Assembly (NCBI GenBank): GCA_964016885.1 | Contig: OZ024742.1 | Coordinates: 285,076,001 to 285,140,000 of the forward strand | Length of the DNA stretch: 64,000 nt | Direction of reading: 5' to 3' | Source: Eledone cirrhosa | Taxonomy: Eukaryota | Shown: in pieces, positions 49,460 to 59,844 of the stretch | Position numbering within the stretch: position 1 is the stretch's first letter | Layout of the letters: every line of letters starts with the position of its first letter | Notes under the pieces: model-generated | Database searches by the model: none | The model's input: only the letters and a program-made list of their open reading frames with translations | What the model was told of the DNA's origin: nothing | Made by a program: the position numbers and the translations under genes

Positions 49460-49960
49460 TTGCATGAATCAATATTGCTTCTGAAAGTAGCGACACCAGC
49501 TTTGAAGGTTTTACTCACAATGATTTATAAAATGAAGAAGAAAAAAAAGAAAAAATAATAGCGATTTGTCTTCGAATGAATCGGATATATATATTTCTGA
49601 ATTTTCATCTGACAATAATAGTGAAAGTGAAGAATATTTCCACGATGCCATTGAAAATATTACAGTGGCGTGGTAAAAAAACACAACTCCAATGCATTTC
49701 ATTGAAAAATCTGATCCTCTACATCCTCCACATGAAACTGAACCACTGGATTATTTGTTTTTGTTTTTGCCAGACTTTCTTTGAAGTTTCGACAGCAGAA
49801 ACAAATCGATATTCTCAACAAACAATTTCTAATCAAGGAAAACCCAATCTGTTATGGCAATCAACAGATGTTGCGGAAATTCAAGCATTTTTTAACCATA
49901 AATATCATGTTTGTTATCCAACAATTTCCAAGGCATAAGGTATGGGGACCATTATGACTT
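49460..49960 (+). mobile_element. piggyBac transposase N-terminal remnant (PGBD-like), frameshifted
   Basis: PLDYLFLFLPDF, TAETNRYSQQ and WQSTDVAEIQAFF motifs after an acidic Ser/Asp-rich leader. Confidence 0.72.
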
Positions 49961-50229
49961 AAACCTGGTTAATATTGATTTTCTGTATGTACACACTTGT
50001 ATTTGTAGCAAAAAGAAATGTGGCAAAGTTGAAGGAATTGACTTGAGTTTGTTGTTTTTCATTTGAGCGTGGCAGAGGTTGTAATAGTGAAGTTGTTGGT
50101 TTGCTGGGTGACTATACATAAGGTAAAAATTGTCCTACATATAAGTGCTGAGTGAAAATGCCAATAAATGAACAATTAAAACACGATTGCTACTAGAATA
50201 TATTTATTAAGTTAATAGCCTGCTATGAA

Positions 50230-50693
50230 GTGATCATAGATAATGTAATGAAAACAAGGCTTAATGACTTAGATGATAACTGGAATTTCTTACGTGACAA
50301 CTTACTGCAGGCTACTGAAGAAACTTGTGGCTGGAGCAGAGCTCCAACCAGACAGAGATGACCTGGTGGTGGAACAGCACGGTTGATAGGGCCATTAGAG
50401 ACAAAAGACTAGCATGGAATGCTTGGAAAAATGGTGGGAGTAGAGAAGGATATACAGCCGCTAAGAGAGAAGCTAGACGTCAGGTGTACTTAGCATGCAC
50501 GGAGGCTGAGAGTAGGAGGTTTGCCAATGTTCTGCGATGGGAAGATCAGAGACGTGCTGTGTTCTGCATTGCAAGGCAGTGTGTCAGTGCAAATCAGGAT
50601 GTTGTTGGAGATAAATGTATCCAGAATGATGACAGTGTACTTAGTGTCACGAATGACCAGAAAAAGGAGGCCTGGAAATGTCATTGAGAGACT
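50230..50693 (+). mobile_element. RTE ORF, region upstream of RT; continues at 52217
   Basis: TWWWNSTVDRAIRDKRLAWNAWK...KKEAWKCH. Confidence 0.88.
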
Positions 50694-52216
50694 TGTAGAT
50701 CACGCCACCTAGCGTCGACTTTGGAGGCAGTCGATTAACTGCCCTTAGTTCTGATGCCACGTTTTGATGTCAGTAGCTGAAACAATCTCTCTTGGACGGT
50801 GATACCTTGAAGTGAAGAGACGTGTTTCCACGCAGCGATATGACACCATGCAATCACGGCATAATATAATGATTGACAAAAATCCCAAACCAAGGAGCAA
50901 TCAGCCCAACCAAGCATGAAGGGCACAACAAATTTCAAAAACACATGGAACAAGCATGCAAGAACGAGAAAGGAAAAAACAAATGTAATAAAATGTAAAT
51001 ACAATTTCCTAAAAGTTTCAATAGTCAATACAGGATTACAGCACCGCACAATAGCAGTTTAAAAATATACCGTGCTACACAAGTTTTTGGGGCCAATGAA
51101 TCCTCTGACCGGAACCGGTCGTAGTCTTATATCTTGATGATGAGGGGGGACGAAGAAGCAGGTGTGTGTGCGAAAGAAAAAGACAGTTTCGATTGATAGA
51201 CTCAAACGAGCACATTTGGACACAGATGCTATCGCACCTGAGCCACAAACGCCCCCGTCTTTTTCTTTCGCACACACACATGCTTCCCCCCCCCCCCCCC
51301 ACCCATCACCAAGATATAAGACTACGACCCGTTCCGGTTGGAGGGTTCATTGGCCCCAAAAGCTATGTAGCACAGTATATTTTTAAACTGCTATTGTGCG
51401 GTGCTGTAATCCTGTATTGACTATTGAAACTTTTAGGAAATTGTATTTACATTTTATTACATTTGTTTTTTCCTTTCTCGTTCTTGCATGCTTGTTTCAT
51501 ATGTGTTTTTGAAATTTGTTGTGCCCTTCATGCTTGGTTGGGCTGATTGCTCCTTGGTTTGGGATTGTTGCTAATTGGTTTTTATACATATAATGATTCA
51601 ATGAACCGATTTTTATTTACTTTTCTAAAAATCTGGTGGGAGGCCATGATCACGCCACCTAGCATCGACTTTGGAGGCAGTCGATTAACTGCTCTTAGTT
51701 CTAAAGTCAGTAGCTGAAACAATCTCTTTTGGACGGTGATACCTTGAAGTGAAGAGACGTGTTTCCACGCAGCGACCCAAACAGCGATATCACACTATGC
51801 GGTCGCAGTATATCATCATCATCATCATCGTTTAACGTCCATCTTCCACGCTTGGATGGGTAATATAATTGTTTCTACTTTAGGCACAAGGCCAGCAATT
51901 ACGCAGTGCATTACTGGTACTTTATTTTATCGACCCCGTAAGGATGAAAGGCAAAGTCAGCCTCGGCGGGATTTGAACTCAGATCATAAAGGGACGTAAC
52001 TATGCTGGAAAGCATCGCGTCCGACCCTCTACCGATACTGCCAAATGATTGACAATTACCCAACCTAGGAGCACTGATGTATTAACTGTATAATAATTTG
52101 CTCTAATTAAAATGTTCATGTAACATAATTTTGAGGTATGTTTCTTTATTGTTTGATGATGTTGCCTGCCAGTATATTATATCCAATTAGACGGGATGTC
52201 TGACCGTCCCACCTAA
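50694..52216 (+). mobile_element. Rearranged Gypsy/Ty3 LTR retrotransposon remnant inserted in the RTE, with two LTR copies and a 5-bp TSD
   Basis: AGACT at 50689-50693 and 52217-52221; starts TGTAG, ends CCTAA (decayed CTACA); LTR text repeated at 50698 and 51648; purine-rich GGTGGGAGG before the second LTR; integrase tail TVSIDRLKRAHL...TTTRSGWRVHWP. Confidence 0.85.
51866..52043 (-). mobile_element. Nin-like SINE inserted in the 3' LTR, preceded by a (CAT)n RTE tail at 51814-51860
   Basis: Reverse complement of 5225-5410. Confidence 0.85.
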
Positions 52217-53960
52217 AGACTGATGAATGTGGAGAACAAATGGGAGAGAGAGAAATTACCTCCAGTAAATCCGACAGAGGGACCAGCTATTGAGATTGAC
52301 AAATATAGGGTCCAAGAGGCGATTAAGGAAATGAAAAATGGTAAGGCCGCTGGACCGTCGGGGATAGTTGCTGAGATGCTGAAGGCGTTAGGGGACGTAG
52401 GCACTAAACTGGTTGCACGCATCATCAATCAGGCTATATATGGCGGTGTCATACCCAAAGACTGGTGCAGCAGTATTCTCATAAATTGCTACAAAGGTAA
52501 AGGGGATGCTCTGGAGAAGAGCAATTATAGGGGCATAAAACTGATGGATCAGGTAATGAAAGTGGCAGAAAGGATATTAGCGCAACTAATTAGAGAAAGG
52601 GTCAAACTAGATGAGATGCAGTTTGGTTCTGTGCCTGGGAAAAGTACAACGGATGCCCTCTTAGTGAGACAATTACAAGAGAGGTTCTTAAAGAATAAGC
52701 CACTATACTTAGCTTTTGTTGACCTAGGGTACCCTGATCTGTCATCTGGTGGTCCCTAAGGAAGCTGGGTGTTGAGGAATGGCTTGTGAGGTCAGTGCAA
52801 GCTTGGTACAGAGGTGCTGTCAGTAAAGTGAGGGTAGGAATGGAGTTTAGTGAGGAATTCTAGATATAAGTAGGAGTACATCATGTTTCGGTCCTCAGCC
52901 CACTCTTGTTCATTATAGTCCTCCAAGCCATAACAGAGGAGTTTAAGACTGGCTGTCCATGGGAACTTCTCTATGCTGACAATCTGGTTCTTTATAGCAG
53001 AATCAGTAGAGGAGCTGGAGAATAAATTCTGGCTATGGAAACAGCAGTTGGAATCAAGAGGACTGAGAGTGAACCCAGCTAAGACAAAAGTGTTGAGTAG
53101 AAAAGAGGACAAAACTCTGATTCCGTCAGGGAAATGGCCATGTTCGATATGCAGAAAAGGAACTGGCATAAATTCTATAAAATGTTCACAATGCAGATCT
53201 TGGGTACACAAGAGATGTAGTGGGATAGCAGGCAAACTAACAGGTATGGAGAAATACGTATGCAGTAGATGTACAGGGAAATTTGACAGTAGAATTCGCA
53301 TTGATAGACACATTTTTCAAATGCAGGTGGGTGCTATAGAAGTGGCTGATAGCTTCCGGTGCCAGGTGATCAGATTAGCATGAGAGTGGGGTGTTCCAAG
53401 GCCATAGTATCTAGAATAAGGACGGGTTGGAAGAAGTTTAGGGAGCTGCTTCCTCTGCTGACAAAGAAGGGTTTCTCCCTGCGTACGAAAGGCCGGTTAT
53501 GTGATGGCTGTGTGAGGTGCGTGATGCTGCATGGTAGTAAGACATGGGCAGGAACTGCAGAGGATATGCGACGGCTGGATAGAAATGAGGCAAGCAAGCT
53601 CCGTTGGATGTGCAATGTCAATGTGCGTGAACGACTGAGCATGGATGTGTTGAGAGAGAAACTGTCTCTGTAGTGTGCAGGAGAGGAGACTGTGATGGTA
53701 TGGACATGTGATGCGCATGGAGGATGACCGATGGGTGAAGAAGTGCCAAGAAATGCCAGTTGAAGGAAGACATAGTAGAGGAAGACCATGAAAAATATGG
53801 GCGGAGGTGGTGAGAGCAGACCTCAGATCGTTGAAGCTCATGGTGAAGATGACGAAGGACTGTGACAAATGGAGAGATGCTGTGCTGAATAGGACCCGTC
53901 CCACCCTTGCAAGCAGGAAAAAGTGGACGTAAAATGATGATGATGATGATGATGATGATG
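52217..53960 (+). mobile_element. RTE LINE RT through the 3' (ATG)n tail, frameshifted
   Basis: MKNGKAAGPSGI, NYRGIKLM, QFGSVPGKSTTDA, LAFVDL; PHD-like WPCSICRKG..CSQCRSWVHKRC. Confidence 0.93.
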
Positions 53961-54698
53961 GATTTTCCATATATTAGGAGTTAACTGAAAAAGAAAAAAC
54001 AAAAATGTACATCATGTAATAAAATATGAAAATTAATCGCCTTTCTTCATGTTAATTCCTGTATGTATACTCCGTAGACAACCAACCATATAATGAGTCT
54101 TATCTCTATGGATTGATACTTTCTGCATTGAGCACTAATTTCAGCTTACACTCGGATTAATAATTCTATGGTTTTAACTATATATATATGTGTATGTATG
54201 CATATATATGCACATGCACACATACACATATATATCATCATCATCATTGACGTCGTTTTAACGCTAGAAAGGGTTGGATAGGTCTTCATAGACCAAGTCA
54301 TTACTGAAGCGGAGACACTGATATCTCAGACAGGCCAGGGATCTGTCTCACTTATGTATGGTTTCATGTCATTCCACCGAGTGCACAGGGGAAATTGTTA
54401 TGTCTTTGAAACAACTGAAGGTCCTCCTAACCCTTTATTTGTTAAGATTTTTATGGCTAGATGCCCTTCTTATCACCAACTATTTTACAACTTGTACTGT
54501 TTGCATTTATTGTGTAGATCACCAACACCAGACATGACTGAAGGGTCCTCCTGACCCTTTTGTCTGGCAAGCTTTCTATGGTTGGATACCCTTCCCATCA
54601 TCAACCACTTCATAGGGGAGCAGCTGAAACATTAATTAATCAAGTAGGAGCTTTTTGCATCACAGGAAATAATTAATTCAAGTGTAAGCCTCAATTAA

Positions 54699-54982
54699 TA
54701 CTCAATGCATGGGGAGATGCAGAGTGTGTATAGACAGAGGTATGAACGTGACCGCAATGCAGTATATATATATAGTATATATATATAGAGAGAGAGATGT
54801 AAAATCCCGACCGCGGTACCAAGCAGTATTGGTTTGTGTGTTCAGCAAGCCTTTTCAAGAGTGTAAAATATTACTATGCCCTTGAAAAGGCTTGCTGAAC
54901 ACACAAGTCGAAACTGCTTGGCACGACGGTCGGGATTTTGCATATCTCTATAGCCACTTTGCATCTCCCTATGCATTGAGTA
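54699..54982. mobile_element. Fold-back element, probably a Penelope-like pseudo-LTR remnant
   Basis: Arms 54793-54859/54881-54950 (inner 26 bp perfect) and outer arms 54699-54733/54948-54982; carries a hammerhead-like motif. Confidence 0.7.
54879..54934 (+). ncRNA. Type-I hammerhead ribozyme-like motif, U3-A8 core variant
   Basis: CCC-TTGAAAA-GGCTTG-(9 nt)-CAAGTC-GAAA-CTG-(10 nt)-CGG-TC-GGG; predicted cut after C54931; stem I only 3 bp. Confidence 0.62.
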
Positions 54983-55078
54983 CTTCCATGATTAGTGGTG
55001 CCAACCTGAACCGATGTTGCTCTATGAATAACTGGGACAAAATAATCCGAATGGATTAGATTGATTCAGTATCAGAGC

Positions 55079-55512
55079 TATATAATACATTATAAAGAAA
55101 GAAGAAATATTAGATATAATTAATAAGATATACCATACCCAAATTCCTTCATTACTCCTCGACTACGTAGTTTCGTGGCATATTATGCAAAAACACTACA
55201 TCACAGAGATATAGAATTTTTGTGAGGTCTGCCAACTTATCAAGAGGATACCTCATTAAGAGTTTCAAAACACATCCGTAGGATGCGAGATAGAATCCAG
55301 AAAGGCGAAGGGGGAGTCAATCACGTGATACAGCGGCCAAGAAACAGAGCTAAGCCTCTTACAACCATGAAAAAAATACCACCGAGGCGGAGTAGTGTTT
55401 TTGCATAATATGCCACGAAACTACGTAGTCGAGGAGTAATGAAGGAATTTGGGTATGGTATATCTTATTAATTATATCTAATATTTCTTCTTTCTTTATA
55501 ATGTATTATATA
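55079..55512. mobile_element. Fold-back element with perfect 121-bp inverted arms (55079-55199 / 55392-55512), Penelope-like
   Basis: Arms are exact reverse complements by manual comparison; TA-rich ends; contains a hammerhead-like motif. Confidence 0.8.
55156..55248 (-). ncRNA. Type-I hammerhead ribozyme-like motif, U3-A8 core, palindromic helix III, extended helix II
   Basis: Minus strand: TCCTC-TTGATAA-GTTGGCA-(49 nt)-TGCCAC-GAAA-CTACGTAG-TC-GAGGA; ACTACGTAGT is a perfect palindrome; predicted cut between 55161 and 55160. Confidence 0.72.
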
Positions 55513-55520
55513 TATATATA

Positions 55521-56232
55521 GAGGCATAAGAGGAATCAGATCCAGTGTGCAGGAGAGGAGATTGTGTTGGTATTGATATGATGCGTATGAAGGATGACAG
55601 CTGTATAAAAAGTTACAAAGCACTCAAAGTTTATGGAAGCCATGGAGTGAGAAGATCCAGGAAGACTTGGGATGAGTTAATAAAAGCTGGCCTTACACAA
55701 TTACAGCTCTCAAAGGTGATGACACAGGACCGAGATATCTGGTGTTATGCAGACCCACCTTCCCATGAGCACAGGCTGAAGCACCCATACAACATGCACC
55801 ACCTTCACCTCCATCCCCATTTCCATTTACCTCCCATGCCCTAACACTTCACCCCTGACACATGCCCAAATACCCACCACCCCAATCCTCATACACCTCT
55901 CCCACCAAAGTCTCCAGCCCACACTGTAAAGTGGTCATGGTAGCAACACAACAAAAAGCACCCAGCCCACACTTTGAAGTGGTTGTGTAGGTGTCACAAC
56001 AAAAAACATCCAGCCCACACTGTAAAGTGGTCATGTAGGTGTCATGACAAAAAGCACCCAACACACACTGTAAATGTGGTTGGCATTAGGAAGGGCATCC
56101 AGCTGTAGAAACCAAGCCCAAATCAGTTCTATATGAGCAATGCATGGTCACCTGGCATTTCTCACAACAGGACAACTCGTCTAACCATGCTAGTGTTGAA
56201 AAATGAACATTAAATGGTGATGATGATGATGA
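55521..56232 (+). mobile_element. RTE 3' fragment with ~60-bp tandem repeats in the 3' UTR and an (ATG)n tail
   Basis: MRMKDDSCIK..RSRKTWDELI; CAGCCCACACT(G/T) repeated at 55916, 55963 and 56011. Confidence 0.85.
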
Positions 56233-56324
56233 TACATATATATATATATATAGCGGTCGACTAATGGGAGTAGATTTTCCTGTATTCCGTTCGCCCATCT
56301 TTTTATCTATATATATATTACTTG

Positions 56325-58412
56325 AGTGTAGGCTTATCATGGAGTGGGGGCTTGTGTGTTCTGTAAATTTGAGAGAGCATCGTCTGGATCTTTGCTCCTG
56401 GTAGGGCCACCTCAGTTGGGTCGGTCTCCCGGGGAGGTCCCAGACCAACAGTGAACCACGACATGTCAGCTTGCCGCCAAAATGGCAGTCCCATTATCAT
56501 TGACTATTTTGCGGAGGGCCAACAATCCACCAAGAAAAACACCAATATGTTATGGAACCAACCAAAACAGACTGCCCAACATCAGAAAGGACCCCTGTAT
56601 GTCCCCCACCAACAAGAAATTTATTTGCACCATAAAATTTGTGTTGCCATATGGAATTACCTGTCGCTGTCTCAGGAGCTATCACACTACAACATCACAT
56701 TGGGAGCTATCACACTACATCATCACATTGGCGGGACTCTGTGAGACACACTGGCCTGGCAGTGGGGAATTCATCGCCGGAGACCACTGTCTCATCTGGA
56801 GTGGCCTTGAAGATAGGATGGGCCTCTGTGGTGTGGCACTGGCCATGCCCAAGTATGCCTGCAAGTATCTCATAGCTGGAAACTAGTGACTGACCATTTT
56901 CTCCACTTGCACGGAAGATGACTATCATCGTTGCCTATGCCCCTACAGATGCACAGAGGACACTGTCAAGAACGACTTCTACAACAGCATCAACAGGTCT
57001 TGGGACAAATCCCACCCCATGACATCATGATCATCCCGATGGATACCAACTCTACCATCTCTTCTTTCGCCAGATGTTGGAAGCGAGTGGAGATAACATG
57101 ATCCAGTGGCTCACCCATATCATCAACCATGTATGGGTATCAAAGCAGCTTCCAAATGACTGGAACCCAGGCATTATCCTCCCCTTCTGGAAATGTAAGG
57201 GCAAGAACCTCATCTGCAGCAATCACAGAGGCATCACTCTTCTCTCCATCCCAAGCAAGGCCTTCACCAAATCTTTCTCAACTGTGTTCTTCCTGCCTTT
57301 AAAAGCGGACGTTGCCCACAACATTACCTTCATTAACTTTAAGGCGGCTTTCTAAACAGTTGACCATGCATCCCCTTGGAAAATTAGGTGCCCCCCCCCC
57401 CCTTCTCCCAATCACCACACTGTTCCAACAGTTGTACAGCAGTGCCAAGAACTGCGTGCGGGTGAACAGGAAGGACACCAACTGGTTCCTCATCAACAGC
57501 AAGGTTAGACAGGGCTGCATGGCTGCCCTTGACCTCTTCCACTGTGTCATCAACTATCTGATGATCAAGGTCTGAGTGAGTTTCTGTTGTTACCTTCGGG
57601 AATTACCACATAACTCACCTGGAGTACACAGATGACACCACCCTACTCAGCAACTCAGAGACGAACTGACCATATACCAGAAGGAATCAGCAAAGCTTGG
57701 CCTTCAGGTAAGCTGGGCAAAGACAAAGCTGATGCTTATCAGCAATGGTCTGGCTCCTCCTCCACTTCATACAGGCCTCGACACTGTGGAGTTTGTCAGC
57801 TTTTTCAATTACCTGTGCTCAACTGTCACCAACAATGGAGACCTGACCCCCGGAGTTCAACTGCAGATGTGGCCTGGCTGCCGGGGTCATGCACTCCCTA
57901 TGGAAGCCCCTTTGGCATCACTGCCCAACATCCCAGAAGACAACGCTCCATATCTACAATGCATTAGTCCTCTCTATTCTCCTCTATGTGGCCACTTGCA
58001 AAGAGGATCGACAGTTTCGATAGCAGAATTCTGAGGATCATCAAAAACATCAGATAGCACCACCACGTTTCCAACAAAGAGTTGCGAGCATGCACGCATT
58101 AGCCCACAGCTTCCCACCTCGGAGATATCCGCTGCATGCTCTGGTACGTACATGTCCTCTGCTGTCCAGATCATCCTATCAGGGCCTGAATCTCATTCGA
58201 CGCACCGGATGCAGGCTGGAAGAGGTCACACGCGATAAGCCCCGCACCAGATGGCTAGATGTCATCAGATCTCCAGAAGCTCGACATCACCTTCGAGGAT
58301 GCAGAGGAGCTGGCACAAGACCTCCAGTGATTGAGGACGCTGGTGTACCTGGTCGCCTCTACGCCCGATGCTTTTGGGATGACCCATGCCACGTCGAGCA
58401 ATAGCAAGAAGT
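56325..58412 (+). mobile_element. Internally deleted RTE (Rex3/Expander-like) retaining 5' UTR, AP endonuclease start, RT and 3' end
   Basis: LAGLCETHWPGSGE..GVAL (APE); IILPFWKCKG..CSNHRGITLLSIPSK; FINFKAAF; VRQGC; KPRTRWLDVI. Confidence 0.85.
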
Positions 58413-59205
58413 AATTTCGTATTACTAAAAAATATGCTTTGTCTATGTAAAAACTGAGGTTTTATTTTAATGCATGGTATTAGTCATACCCTTTAAAAAC
58501 CTGCAAGGTTCAACGACATACTTGGTTGGTAAGGGCACGTATTCTACATTATCAGACCTTATGCCTAATCAACAATTTTGAATGCTCATATTCTTGGAAT
58601 GATAGTTACTTCCAGTGCTATCTTACGAACAAAAAAAACATTTTTTTCCATGCTGAGGCAAGCTGGCGAGCCCCGCAAGATGGAATGGCTCTGCCAGCGC
58701 ATCATCCTCCGGGGAAACACCTTCTCTATTTTGTCCGCCGGGGCCGTAGAGCGGCCAACACGTGGGACCCCATTTGCTCATAATAGTGGGAGATGGGGAG
58801 TGCGAGAAAGATGGAGGCGATGATGTACAACATCAATTATCTGTACATTCGCTACAGATAATAGCGTCGGCAAGGGAAATCACTCTGTGCTTTTAAGGGA
58901 GCGAGTAATGTCCCTTAAAAAAACAGTTTATTTACTATGTTCATTTGTAATACAGATATACAAGGGCAGACTGATACACACATTCACGATGCATACGTGT
59001 ACACATTTAACAATAACTATATATATTTTGATGCACGCATTGGGAGTGCAGTGCAGTCATACGATAGGGACAGGTAGAGTAATCAAGTGCAGAGGAGGTG
59101 CGGTGCTCTTAGGATGCTTTGTGGCAACCAGAAACTTAGGATGAATTCATCTATCTACCTGCCTACATATCTTCTCCCTCTGTCCACCCATCTCTCTATC
59201 TTGTT

Positions 59206-59258
<53 letters not shown>

Positions 59259-59826
59259 ATAAGAGTAGACTAAGAGCTAACATCGTTAATTTTGCTACAA
59301 ACCTATCAGAGCTTATAGAGTAGTTTTGTAAAGCGGAAATTAGAATAATTTAATCCTTAATTCTATAATTAAAAAATATTTATATTTATCTAAAAACCTT
59401 CAATCATAATTTCATGTACGAACCTTTGACAAATATATTCCGAATATCAGCTTAATGTAAGAGTTCGTTATTTTAGTAAATTCCCTCCCGAATTCTTGAT
59501 AAAAAATTTTAAATGATGTGGAATGCGGTATCGATAGGGTTAATGATAATAAGTAAATATAGCATTTGAAAGTCAAGTGCCATAAGATGTTTCATGACGA
59601 GACAATAATTCGTATCGTTTGAATAACTTAAAAAAAAAAACCCGCCAAGAGAAAAAAATGTAAGACCTCAGTACAAGTAAATGACGAATCACACAAAATT
59701 GCGTTCTTTTTATGAACAAACACCGTGGAAATAGTCGTTCGTAGTAGGCGGGCAAGACGAGCCGGTATTTTAGTCCGATCTTGATGACGTATAGCACAAC
59801 CACGAGATTCACGCTTCTATCTCAAG

Positions 59827-59844
59827 ATGGCTGATCACATGGAG
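59827..59844 (+). CDS. Candidate short first coding exon (MADHME) of an unidentified gene
   Basis: CAAGATGGC (YY1/Kozak-like) start in a CpG-enriched unique stretch, followed by GAG|GTTCGT donor and a T-rich intron-like tract. Confidence 0.4.
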
